Source: Macrostomum hystrix
Taxonomy: Eukaryota > Animalia > Platyhelminthes
Length of the DNA: 64,000 bases
NCBI GenBank assembly: GCA_950097015.1
Contig: CATNEN010000041.1
Span: 868,001 to 932,000 of the forward strand
Direction of reading: 5' to 3'
Both the position numbers and the translations under genes were made by a program. The notes below the pieces were generated by a model. It was not told the DNA's origin. It saw nothing but the letters and a program-made list of their open reading frames with translations, and searched no databases. Shown piece after piece: positions 1-11,643 of this stretch. Position 1 is the first letter of the stretch. Every line of letters starts with the position of its first letter.

Positions 1-723
1 GGCACCTGACGCACAGACACAGGAACGGCATGCCCCCAGGCCGGCGAACTAGGCGAAAGCCGCCCATCGCGCCGCCTCCCCTGAGCAGGCACCTCACACA
101 CACACAGCAGCAAGCCAAGCGGGGAAGGGGGCGGCAGCCGGAGTGCCTCTCACCCCAGGCCCGCACACGCACAGAGCAGACCAAGCCGGGAAGGCTGATA
201 GAAATCAGTCCTCAGGGGGGGCCGGGTGGCGAGTGTACACTTTATCCAATCGCGCTGACGGAAATCCAAATGAGCGCGCGGCGGTGTACACCCGCCCCCC
301 AGCCACCCCCCGCAAGGTCTCAAGCCCCAGCGCCAACGCACATAACTCATACAACGCAGAACAGGCACACAGAAGGTAGGAGCGAAGCTATTTTTCAAGC
401 TTTGATTGCACGAAATATGGTGCACCTCCGCCGGTCGCTACTGTCCGAACCCCCCGAACAAGTACCGAAATTAATCGTGACTTGAAGGGTGAATCGAACT
501 AGCGTCCTTTGGAGTGCGAGGCAGCGACGTTAGCCGCTGACCCCACTCGCCCCTTTATTGCACCCCACAATGTCACATTCATTATATGGCGATTGGCTTT
601 ATTGATATTTTAACTTTGTTCGCATCTTTAACGGTCATAATAAAACAACTGACCAACTTTGCTGAGCTGAGCTGAATCTTGTCCGATTGCTGACCTTCAA
701 GTGTTTTAATTGCGTCACTCCAA

Positions 724-980
724 CATCCCGTCACTCGGACGTCCCATCACTCGGACATCCCATCACTTGGACATCCCATCACTCGGACATCCCATCACTC
801 GGACGTCCCATCACTCGGACATCCCATCACTCGGACGTCCCATCACTCGGACGTCCCATCACTCGGTCATCCCATCACTCGGACATCCCATCACTCGGAC
901 ATCCCATCACTCGGACATCCCATCACTCGGACATCCCATCACTCGGACGTCCCATCACTCGGACATCCCGTCACTCGGAC
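724..980. repeat. 16-bp minisatellite (CCCATCACTCGGACRT)n, about 16 copies
   Basis: Unit read directly; overlapping ORFs show the 16-aa periodicity expected from a 16-bp unit. Confidence 0.95.
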
Positions 981-2021
981 TCAGTCAGGCACTCAAAAAG
1001 TACACAAAATGACAAGCCACAAGTGGAAAAGCTTCTCTCTCTTGACAAGCCTATGTTTCTGTTATTTCATGTTGTCCAAACTTATCTGCGGGTGCTTCGC
1101 CTTGAATTCTTGCCGCATTCTTGGCCAGTTATAAATTTCCTCAGAAAAATAAGTCAGGAGAATGTTCCAGGTGAACACAAGGCAGGTGAGCTTCTCGGGT
1201 CTCTCAGCCGCAGTACACGGGAGCGCAGCCCCATAAATGAACAAGACATCAATTTCCCGGCAGGCAGGAAGCGGCTTGGACTTCCCTCGACCAGTCAGCG
1301 GCTCTCAATCTCTGTCCTCCCAGGCTCTAGTTGTGCTGCTCTGCGCCGTGAATTGCGGGCCTGCCAAGGCAAAATCTGCATGGCTATCGCGTTACGCAGC
1401 TGCTTAACCCCCCAACCCGCAATATAAACCAGCGATCAATAGGCAGACACAAATAATGTCCAGCCTGGGGCTCTTGGAGTGGCCTGCGAGCGTCTCGCAG
1501 CTGCTCCAATCCGTTGCTGGGGGAGGGGCTCTCGAACTATAGACGGACAAGTGTGAGTGTTACTGGGAAAGCTGGCGGGCATAGTGTAACGAGTGTAGAG
1601 GAGACTGGACGGTGTGAGAATCAGGCCGTAGCCATGTGTGGGAGCTGCAGGTATTCGCTGCACACGGGGGAGCTAAGGCCTGTCACGCTGGGGTGAGGGG
1701 CTAATCAGGCACTGACAGCCGGCCTGTCAGGCCCGCAGCCTGTTTGCTTTCCTTCTGTCTGGGCGCTGTTTGATCCCCTTGTAATTAATTTGTTTGCTCC
1801 AGCCGCACAACCGAAAGCCGGCACTAATCTGCAGGGACCTTCGCCCGTGACTGATGGACCGCACGCTTGCTTGACAATTCGGATCAACTGCATGGCTTGC
1901 AACCTCGCCGATTCGATTGAGATGTGGTCTGACGCACAAATATTTTAGTTTTGCAGGCATTCATGGCGTAGATTAACCTCGTATGTTAGTAGTAGAGCAG
2001 AAAAGGAAATCGAAACTCAAG

Positions 2022-2243
2022 TCCGCCAACTAATATAGAGGGTTCTGAGTCATGTCTCTGCCAACTACTAATAGAGAGGGTTCTGAGTCATGTCTCCGCC
2101 AACTACAAATAGAGAGGGTTCTGAGTCATGTCTCCGCCAACTACTAATAGAGAGGGTTCTGAGTCATGTCTCCGCCAACTACTAATAGAGAGGGTTCTGA
2201 GTCATGTCTCCGCCAACTACTAATATAGAGGGTTCTGAGTCAT
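2022..2243. repeat. 38-bp minisatellite, about 6 copies
   Basis: Unit GAGAGGGTTCTGAGTCATGTCTCCGCCAACTACTAATA. Confidence 0.93.
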
Positions 2244-2979
2244 AGGCACTTTTGAAGGAAGAAGTGTTTTTATGCATACTTAACTATGGCTCGCAGAAAC
2301 ACACCTTTTAGGTAACAGGTGAGTTCATTGTAATCTATATTGAACGTGACCATGTAATTCTGTCTAGCGTTTTCTTTCAAGTTCTTATCAAACGGCGATA
2401 CAAAAGGCATATAATTGCGCGACGCGCTGTCCAGGGCCACCACAAATGAGAATGCAAGTATGTGCGTATGCTCGATCTTAAGTGTCATGGCCGGTCTTCA
2501 GCAGCAGAGCGCTGCATGCCTAACTTGACTAAGACTGCCGAAATTCTCCTGTTACTGATAGCCACAGGTTTTTTACGTACTCTACGAAATTTTGCTCTTT
2601 GCATGTGCACCACGCAAAAATGCACAATGCAGTGGTACTTCAAGCTTAAGCAGCCCCACTGTTTAATTAATTTTTTATTTTGTCCCTTTTTTGTTCGAAA
2701 TTAAATCTCGATAAGATCGGTGCCACTCGGGTGACCATAGAGTAATTCAAGGTACAGGGGAGTTGGGGTTGGAATTTAAGCAGTCACTGAGAAGCGAGGA
2801 GACGGGTGCTCAAAAAACTTCTAGGAATTAGGGACAGGAAGGGCTGGGTTAATATTGGGGTCCGAAATGAGCAGAGGGGGTGGTGCTGTGGTCTACTTTA
2901 AGGTGAGTCTGTTTAATTCATACAATTTCAGAGTACACTCAATGGTCAAAGGGGGTTATAAATAGAGTTCCGCCGTAGC

Positions 2980-3218
2980 TACGGATACGGCTACGGGAAG
3001 TTACGGATACGGCTACGGGAAGTTACGGATACGGCTACGGGAAGTTACGGATACGGCTACGGGAAGTTACGGATACGGCTACGGGAAGTTACGGATACGG
3101 CTACGGGAAGTTACGGATACGGCTACGGGAAGTTACGGATACGGCTACGGGAAGTTACGGATACGGCTACGGGAAGTTACGGATACGGCTACGGGAAGTT
3201 ACAGATACAGCTACGGGA
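2980..3218. repeat. 22-bp minisatellite, about 11 copies
   Basis: Unit TACGGATACGGCTACGGGAAGT, built from TACGG subunits. Confidence 0.95.
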
Positions 3219-3301
3219 TTTTATGCATACAACTATGACAACTAGCGTAGTTATTTTTGCTATTACTGAAAAGGCTTTGTTTAACTCGCGCTTGTCCTCG
3301 G

Positions 3302-3520
3302 GGACCTCGCCTGGCCGTCGCCATCCTAGCCGTGGACCGAAACAATCGGCGCATCGACGACTACCAGCCGCACTACCTGACCCAGACCCTGCACTCCCTT
3401 CTGATCTCCGCTGACAGGGACCGCCGCGTCCACGGCGGCCGGTTCCGCTCGCTCAGCGTGGCGGTCTGCAACGCCGACCCGCAACCGGACCGCTTCTCAG
3501 AGGCCAAGCGCTGGGAGCAG
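3302..3520 (+). pseudogene. Orphan copy of PGAP4-like exon 2
   Basis: Near-identical to 12307-12525; splice acceptor is CGG instead of CAG (position 3300); no exon 1 seen upstream and exon 3 deleted. Confidence 0.9.
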
Positions 3521-4091
3521 GTGAGGGCACTGATCGATTCACTGCTGCTAGGGCGAACTGCGAAGCTTGATTGGGGAAACTACAGCATTCAAGCTGTAGA
3601 CTGTAGAGTCTGCGAACAAGACCATTGCTTTGATTTACCTTCACAATACGGTTGTGAGTTGAAGTATCCTTCACTTCTGTGACACTTAACACCCACTCTT
3701 TATTTCTGTTTTTTGCATGTGCTCTACTGCCTACTCACTGGCTGTGTCCAGTAACCACTACCGTTCTTATTGAACCTTCTTTCCACTATCTACTTCATCA
3801 AAACGGGCACAATGCCTCTGGAAGACATCCCATTGCAGCTGAAAGATTCCTATTAGATGCTGTCCAGCCATTTTTGTGTATTCGCAAGCGCTGCCTTTGC
3901 GCAATGTCTAGGTTCATTGTTTGGCTCTTTAAATACAATTACTCATCTGAGAAAACAATTAACTTTGCTGCCATACAGTCTCTTCCCTAGCAATTACTAG
4001 CCGGGTGAGCGGAAAACCTTACAGGAATAAAATGTCTCTTCTTGACATCAAAGAACTAATGTCTCCCTAGATGTCTCCCTATCTAGAACAA

Positions 4092-4676
4092 TTGTGCCTA
4101 GATAGCTGAGTGATGTCTCTAAAATTCTATCAGTGTTGTGCCTAGATAGCTGAGTGATGTCTCTAAAATTCTATCAGTGTTGTGCCTAGATAGCTGAGTG
4201 ATGTCTCTAAAATTCTATCAGTGTTGTGCCTAGATAGCTGAGTGATGTCTCTAAAATTCTATCAGTGTTGTGCCTAGATAGCTGAGTGATGTCTCTAAAA
4301 TTCTATCAGTGTTGTGCCTAGATAGCTGAGTGATGTCTCTAAAATTCTATCAGTGTTGTGCCTAGATAGCTGAGTGATGTCTCTAAAATTCTATCAGTGT
4401 TGTGCCTAGATAGCTGAGTGATGTCTCTAAAATTCTATCAGTGTTGTGCCTAGATAGCTGAGTGATGTCTCTAAAATTCTATCAGTGTTGTGCCTAGATA
4501 GCTGAGTGATGTCTCTAAAATTCTATCAGTGTTGTGCCTAGATAGCTGAGTGATGTCTCTAAAATTCTATCAGTGTTGTGCCTAGATAGCTGAGTGATGT
4601 CTCTAAAATTCTATCAGTGTTGTGCCTAGATAGCTGAGTGATGTCTCTAAAATTCTATCAGTGTTGTGCCTAGATA
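4092..4676. repeat. 44-bp minisatellite, about 13 homogeneous copies
   Basis: Unit CCTAGATAGCTGAGTGATGTCTCTAAAATTCTATCAGTGTTGTG; contains the core of the 20/21-bp satellite at 15745-21489. Confidence 0.95.
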
Positions 4677-4973
4677 TTAAGTCTAGATATCTAGGCTAAA
4701 CAGTTTTTCGAATATTTAATCCCGTAGGAAATGAAATAAAGATGATTAAAAATACGTGTACCGATTCGGGCTAATTCGACATCTTTTGGCGAAGCAATTG
4801 TGAAATTGTGAAGCAATTGTTGAGCAGTTCGTGAGATAGTTCATTTCAAACAAGATGATTATTATTTTTAGTATATTTTACTAGCAAGTTTTGCCCCCCC
4901 TCGGGGAGCAGAAATACTTTAATTCGTCCAGTATATACTTTTTAGCAGCTGTATTTTCAGCTTTTTTTAAGCT

Positions 4974-5245
4974 ACAATGATCCCCCAGTTGACAATGATC
5001 CCCCAGTTGACAATGATCCCCCAGTTGACAATGATCCCCCAGTTGACAATGATCCCCCAGTTGACAATGATCCCCCAGTTGACAATGATCCCCCAGTTGA
5101 CAATGATCCCCCAGTTGACAATGATCCCCCAGTTGACAATGATCCCCCAGTTGACAATGATCCCCCAGTTGACAATGATCCCCAGTTGACAATTATCTCC
5201 CAGTTTACCATGATCCCAATTTGATGATGATCTCCAGTTGACAAT
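4974..5245. repeat. 18-bp minisatellite (ACAATGATCCCCCAGTTG)n, about 12 good copies then degenerate
   Basis: Unit read directly; 6-aa periodic ORFs. Confidence 0.95.
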
Positions 5246-5414
5246 TTTCCTCAGTTAAATTTTTATTTTAGCTGCTTTTGTAGAAAATTTAGAAGAACAA
5301 CAATTAATTACTATTAGATAAAATTCTTATCAAACAAATATATATCATTATGACGTTATAAGATAACAATTTCTAAATGTAGAGAATTCGATTCAATGAC
5401 AAAAGAAAAATTTT

Positions 5415-5708
5415 GCCATGATTCACACCCTTGTTTAGCCATGATTCAAACTCTGGTTTAGCCATGATTCAAACTCTGGTTTTGCCATGATTCAAACTCT
5501 GGTTTAGCCATGATTCAAACTCTGGTTTAGCCATGATTCAAACTCTGGTTTAGCTATGATTCAAACTCTGGTTTTGCCATGATTCAAACTCTGGTTTAGC
5601 CATGATTCAAACTCTGGTTTTGCCATGATTCAAACTCTGGTTTTGCCATGATTCAAACTCTGGTTTAGCCATGATTCAAACTCTGGTTTAGCCATGATTC
5701 AAACTCTG
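5415..5708. repeat. 23-bp minisatellite, about 12 copies
   Basis: Unit GCCATGATTCAAACTCTGGTTTW. Confidence 0.93.
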
Positions 5709-5734
5709 CGTGATTCAAACTATGCATGCTTCCC

Positions 5735-5824
5735 CCTCGATAGCTTGCACTACACCTCGATAGCTTGCACTACACCTCGATAGCTTGCACTACACCTCGA
5801 TAGCTTGCACTACACCTCGATAGC
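5735..5824. repeat. 20-bp minisatellite, about 4 copies
   Basis: Unit CCTCGATAGCTTGCACTACA. Confidence 0.9.
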
Positions 5825-5892
5825 TACACCTCTCGACAATTGATGCTTCTTCCTCAATAATTTATGCTATATAGTTTATACTATTTATGCTA

Positions 5893-6207
5893 TGAGAGGT
5901 TGTAGCCTAGTGGTTAGGGCGTCGGACTGACGACTTGAAGGTCGGGGGTTCGATTCCCGACTCCACTGGAACAATTTGCGTCCTTTTGCAAGACACTTAA
6001 CTCTGCATTGCTTCAGTTCACCCAGCTGTTAAATGGGTACCAGCATTAGCTGGGATAATTGAAGGTGGGTGTGGCGTCCCCCCAGTCCGTGGACTGAACA
6101 GCTGTACGCAGCCTTCAGATGCGCCGCGCATTAGCTGCGGCTGTGCTGTCGGCTGCACATCTGACCCAATTGGGGCAGGTTTAATCAATTATTAATTATT
6201 AAAAAAT
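5893..6207 (+). mobile_element. tRNA-derived SINE with CORE-like central domain
   Basis: Pol III A box (TAGCCTAGTGG) and B box (GGTTCGATTCC); body GCAAGACACTTAACTC...CAGCTGTTAAATGGG resembles the CORE-SINE domain; AT-rich tail; 11-bp TSD TATTTATGCTA at 5882-5892 and 6208-6218. Confidence 0.85.
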
Positions 6208-6237
6208 TATTTATGCTAAAAATTAATTTATGTTAAA

Positions 6238-6430
6238 TATCCCCTCGATAATTCATTCTATCCCCTCGATAATCCATGCTACCCCTAGATAATTCATTCT
6301 ATCCCCTCGATAATTCATTCTATCCCCTCGATAAACCATGCTACCCCTAGATAATTCAGACCTTACCCCGATAAATCATGCTACCCCCTTGATAATTCAT
6401 TCTACCATCTCGATAATTCATGCTCCCCTT
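6238..6430. repeat. Degenerate 21-bp minisatellite
   Basis: Alternating CCCCTCGATAATTCATTCTAT / CCCCTAGATAATCCATGCTAC-type units. Confidence 0.8.
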
Positions 6431-9110
6431 CGAAAAGTCATGCTTTACCACGATAATTGAAAATTTTCCCCTAGTAATTCCATGCTTCCCACTTGATAAT
6501 TCATGCTTTCCTCTTGATTATTTATGCTATATCTTTATCCCAGTGATATTCCCTAGATATCTAATGCTTCTCTCCATACAAATTCCGTGCAATTTATTTG
6601 ATACCTCATGCGTGCTCTTCATAGATATCTAGCACTATATTCTTTAGTTTCATATTTCCTTCGAATTGTCATGCTTTCAAAATATAGAACAAAAGATTGC
6701 CTCCCTGCTAAAAACGCTTAGTTTTATGAAGAGCAGTGCTTTTAGTTACGATTAAAATGTTTTCTCTAATAATGATTGCAGCAATGCTCGAAAAAACTTT
6801 TTTTTATTTTTGATAATAAAGAATACAAACAGCTACATATACTCGAACAGTATTCCTTTAGTTTTGAATCGAATAACGCTTGAAGCAATCCTCGAAAAAA
6901 TGTAAAAATTAAAAAGAGTAACACTTTTAGCTCCGCTCAACATACGAACTATGCTCAACATTTTTTTCTTAGTCCTAGTATCGAATAACACTGCTGCTAC
7001 ACTCGAAAAAAACTTTTACTCCTGTCTCACAGCGTGAAGAGTAAGAATAAAGCAGATAAATATTTGCCTTGGCAGTAGCTAATCAAAAGCGCTTGCTATT
7101 GTGACAGTGTTTTAGCCATTTCATTATGTATATACGTTCTTGCTCTTATTATAAAATCGTAAAAATAAATAAAAATCAAAAACGCGCCAAAAATATATTT
7201 TGTTAATATTTGTACCGTATTAAAAATAATGTTGTATGAAAATAATTTTGTTTTACTTTTCATCATGTAAATAATATTATGTAAAATATGCGAATTAAAA
7301 CAAACGCTAAATTCCCTGTGTATAAATAGCGGCGAGTTTTCAGAGAGAAAAATAACGTTTGTCAGTTGTACGTTGTCAGTGTGTGTTGAAGTAAGTTTTG
7401 TAAAGTTTGTCAGGTTTTAAGAGATTTCAAGGTTTTCATAAGTTTGAAGTGTTTTCAAGAGAGTTTAAAGAGTGAGTTTAAAGGTTGAGATAATTTGAAG
7501 TGTTTAAAGAATTGAAGTTGAAATTGAAGGAGTTTTTAGTGTGTTAAAAAAGCAAATTTCCGAAGGTAATTGTGTGCATTGTGTTATTCATTTTAAGAAG
7601 AAATAGCAGTGAGAGATACAATCAGAATTATACTCAGAAATTATACTAAGAATATTACAGAAGAGAAACTGCTAAACTCTAATCTCGGGGACGCCTAATT
7701 GACTGGAAACGTGTACAGTTGCCTAGTTACCGCTCGTGCGAATACATACGCTACCATTTGAGAAGCTAAAACGGCCCATTTAAGGACCGCCAATTAAAAA
7801 TATCTTTTAAATTGAGTTAACAGCAGTCAAATTATTAAAATAGCCCCAGTATAACCTTGGTGGCATTCAGTAGAATTTAAGTAAAAAGAAGAAAGCACGC
7901 CTACCACAACTTTGATAACAGCGGTGGAATCTTAATTAATAATATTGCCCTAACAGCGGTGGGATAGTTAATTTCCACCTGTAACAACTTCGGTGTCAGC
8001 GTCAGCGATAGAATAAAAGTTAAATTTATTAAATAAGGCCTACAACAACTTTGATAACAGCGGTGGGATTTTCATATAAAAGCCAGTTATTAAGTTAGCC
8101 CTGCAACACTATTTTAACTCGAACCCAAAAATGCCCAATAAATAAAAATGATAATAAACAGGAACTATTTTAACTGTTTATGTTAGAAGATTAGAAGAAG
8201 AAGAAGTACTCGTAGTAGCAAAACTGATGCTTGAATCCATTTAGCTAAATAATAAAACTATTTACTTTACTTCGGAGCTAGATGAAAAGAAAGCGGCACA
8301 ATGATCGAATTCGAGACAAGTTTTGACAATACAAAGGCTGCAGTTTTCAGCGACGGAAAAGACGGCTAGCATTGAGCATCATCAAGGCCCAATTACTGAT
8401 ATCTGCTACGTACGTTTTACTTATTCAAAGTAAAACTTTTTCAAAATTTAATTCTGAAAATGTGTAATTGGAAAATTAACCTTCTGCTAAAAGAGGACAT
8501 ATTTCTCTGCCGGGGGATATTGGTTCTTTCCTGCTGGGGTGCATTGGTTATTTACTACCGTGGGGAGATTGGTTCTCTGCTGCCGAGGGGATAGTATTCT
8601 CACGTCCCTTAAGCTGAGTAGTATCAAACGGATGTTACTTGTGCAATTCTGCCCCAATGGGGCTCTTGGTGTACAAACCGAATGTCTCAGAATGCAGTTG
8701 AGCTCAGACTGACTATTTTTGTATTTAGTGAGAATTAAAATTCTCGTTGAATCGCAATCAGGTATGCTCGCAATCAGGGAAATTCGTATTGACGAAATGA
8801 GTTTTCGTTTTTTGTTCATTTTCAGGTGTGTTTTGTCCTTCAGCATTTCACAAGATTTTTTGTCTGATCAGTAGTGCCCCCCTAAGGGGGCTTAGTGTGC
8901 TAGTACAATTACTCATTGTATTATGCTAAAGTTACTTAAAATAGAACACAGTCATGGCTGTACGCACATGTTCCTATTGTCTACAATGTCTAAAATGGAA
9001 ATCGAACTCAATACCTATTGTGCGTGATGGCTTGTCTTATTAGCAAGAGAGAAGGCACTAAAGTCCTTCCTACATCTGGCTACTCTGCATGTTGTATTTC
9101 TCGCTTGGGC

Positions 9111-10313
9111 CTACAGAGGCAGCGTGACGCTCTGCAGCACCGTCTGCATATTGATCAGGCGCACGAGATCAGAATTGATGGCATTGATCAGCTCGTTACG
9201 GAACACATTTACCAACTTGCTGGACACATGATTTATGATCCAGTTTAGTGGGCCGAGGCCGCTGAACTGCACCGTGATTCCCGACATGCTGGAGATTGAG
9301 AACTTCTCCAGCTCCGGGACGGAGCCAGAGCCCATGCTGATGCGGGCGTCCACTATGACGCTCTCCACGGCCACATTGAGATCGGCTTCCAATCTGAGGC
9401 CCATGAACTCGACATGGCCTTTCCTGGCGGCCCGCAGGTTGTGGAGAACAATCTGCGGCGGTGGAAGGGCGAGGAGTGTCTTCACTGAAAGGGCCATTGT
9501 CTGACGACTGTCTTGTCGATCTGGTCTAATCTGTCTTTCAAGATCTATCCAAGAGCAGCCTCTCAAAGACCGAGGGGTTCAGAGCAGCCTCTCAAAGACC
9601 GAGGGGTTCAGAGCAGCCTCTCAAATACCCAGGGGTTCATAGCAGCCTCTCAAATACCCAGGGGTTCATAGCAGCCTCTCAAATACCCAGGGGTTCATAG
9701 CAGCCTCTCAAAGACCGAGGGGTTCGGAGCAGCCTCTCAAAGACCGAGGGGTTCAGAGCAGCCTCTCAAAGACCGAGGGGTTCAGAGCAGCCTCTCAAAT
9801 ACCCAGGGGTTCATAGCAGCCTCTCAAAGACCGAGGGGTTCAGAGCAGCCTCTCAAAAAAGGGTTCAAAGCGGCATCTCATATCCCAGGGGTTAAGAAAA
9901 GCCTTTAATACTCAGGGGTTAAGTATCCTCATGCAGGCTGAGCAGTCTCTTGATTCCCGTGCATGTACCTCGGTGCCCACGATGAGTTTGTTGCCCTGTG
10001 ACTCGATGCTGCAGTCGCCGGCCCGGTGCATTTTTGACAGGCCGTATATGCGGCCGTCAGTGATGCCCATTCTGCCGCTCAAGGTGACCCACCCCATCGT
10101 CTTGTAGAAGCCGATCACCTGGTCGCCAATAGGCAGCGGATCCATGTTGTTTTCGCGCACGAGCCAGCCGAGTTTCTTAATCACCAGGTCGAAGTAGCGA
10201 TTGGCCGTTCCGTCATTGAAAATCGGCGATCTGCCCGGAGCCGCCAAGGCCACCGCCAGCAGGCAGCTGCTGATCGCCAATTGAATCAGCGACAGTCGGA
10301 GTTGCATGTTCAT
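9111..10313 (-). CDS. Der p 7 / group 7 allergen-like secreted lipid-binding (TULIP fold) protein, copy A; exons 10313-9969 and 9452-9111; 228 aa
   Basis: Signal peptide MNMQLRLSLIQLAISSCLLAVALA; MDPLPIGDQ...GRMGITDGRIYGLSKMHRAGD resembles Der p 7 IDPMKVPD...GELAMRNIEARGLKQMKRQGD; C-terminal FSGLGPLNWIINHVSSKLVNVFRNEL; phase-0 GT-AG intron joins the frames. Confidence 0.75.
9553..9858. repeat. 29-bp intronic minisatellite, about 11 copies
   Basis: Unit GAGCAGCCTCTCAAAGACCGAGGGGTTCA with variant ...ATACCCAGGGGTTCATA; under 2 copies in the paralogous intron (22437-22480). Confidence 0.93.
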
Positions 10314-11643
10314 CACGGTGCAGCGTGGATGTTGAAAGTTAAGATTGAATGGATAATGAGTGCTGAAAAAAACTGTTTGTTTCACTAATATAAGATTTCA
10401 CAATTATAAGAACTAAAACACCTTTACATATATTATTTACTACGAGACAAAACTGAACTTAATCTGCCACAAATCGTTACCTTTTTAGACTTTTCTCAAT
10501 TTTTTAAACTTATAAAACTTGTTTTTGTTTTTATGAAAACTACAAGGCGGAATATTTGAAACAAAGAATTTATAAGAAAATAACCCAAAATCTGCATGAT
10601 TTCCTCAAAGTATACGCAATACATCGCTGAAGTTTTTGTAAATAGTCAAATAGTCAACACAAGGAGTATTCTTTGTTTTCCTTTAAGATAGGATCATACA
10701 TAACCAAATTAAATGATAAGTTTTGTTTCTAACTTGACTCTTTAGAAACGAGATGGCGTATCACACATGAATTATTATGTCCCTCTTAAAAACTTTACAT
10801 TTGCGGGTAAATTATACTCAAATTTATTCATTCCACACTAATGTAAAACAAGAGTTTTACCTACTTCAGAAAATATCATTTCACACTTTTTGCTTAAACA
10901 CTTATAAACACAACTATTAACTCATATTGACACAATTAATAGATAGATTATAAGTAAAAATCTAAAGAATGTCTTTATATATTGTATTTGTGAAGCATGT
11001 GTCATATTGAGTATACAATACAATAAATGTTTTTATATATCCCTGCAAGTTAAACAATAGAAACATAAGTACCAAGTTAAGTCTATATGCTCTAGGGCTC
11101 TTCTCTTTTTTTAAGTAATCAAATAAAAAGATGGAGAGTTTGCTTACACAGCAAGTAGCAGCCATTCCCAGTGTTTTATTTGCATGTGCAGTAGCCAGTA
11201 GGCACTATAATTTGCTTAAAGGAATTTTTTTAATTCTGCTAATAACTAGAAACTAATAGTTAAATGTGACATTTGTTTGTTACATTTATTTTGGTTTATT
11301 AAGTATGTCTTAAAATACTGTATTTGTGAAGCATGTGTCATATTGAGTATACAATAGTTGTTTTAATATATCCTTTTTGTTCAAGCAAAAGGCATTGCAG
11401 TTTCAAACTTTCTTAGAGATTCTAATTAAGTATGCAGATAGACTTGATAGACTTAATACTTTTGTTAATTCCATACTGCATTGGATTGTGTTGCATTGAG
11501 CTACTTTATTATTTTAACTATACATGATATAGAGTGGTAATTTCTTACCTATCTAAATGATTTGTTCATGTGGCTCTAGCAGTGCGGTCCCATAGCAACT
11601 GAATCTTTTCCAGTTCACAGAAAGCCAGCAGAAGCCAGCCAGA

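Larger units (their letters stand above)
4881..8903. mobile_element. Insertion block bounded by two outward-facing Helitron-like 3' termini (non-autonomous)
   Basis: Left: CTAG 4881-4884, 8 nt, GC hairpin 4893-4909 (3' end on minus). Right: GC hairpin 8876-8891, 8 nt, CTAG 8900-8903 followed by T. Absent from the paralogous copy B. No Rep/helicase ORF seen. Confidence 0.6.
3244..10365. repeat. Segmental duplication, copy A (paralogous to 12248-22989)
   Basis: Collinear near-identical blocks: 3244-3580 = 12248-12586; 3580-4070 = 14937-15425; 4690-4880 = 21547-21725; 8904-10365 = 21800-22989. Confidence 0.95.

Noticed and set aside
1062-1300. Minus-strand frame EIDVLFIYGA...EFKAKHPQISLDNMK that looks coding
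   Set aside because: No recognisable motif, start or consistent splice partners; left unannotated
687-1427. 246-aa ORF and the other long low-complexity ORFs over arrays (12378-14124, 24090-24855, 34445-37187, 53434-54177, 56646-57140)
   Set aside because: Produced by stop-free tandem repeats and open in several frames; most lie in introns
4092-4676. Regular 29-47 bp arrays (here and at 9553, 24174, 39385, 55751) as CRISPR arrays
   Set aside because: Repeats are head-to-tail with no unique spacers, no cas genes, and the context is eukaryotic
5893-5965. tRNA gene
   Set aside because: No proper acceptor stem; it continues into a SINE body with tail and TSD
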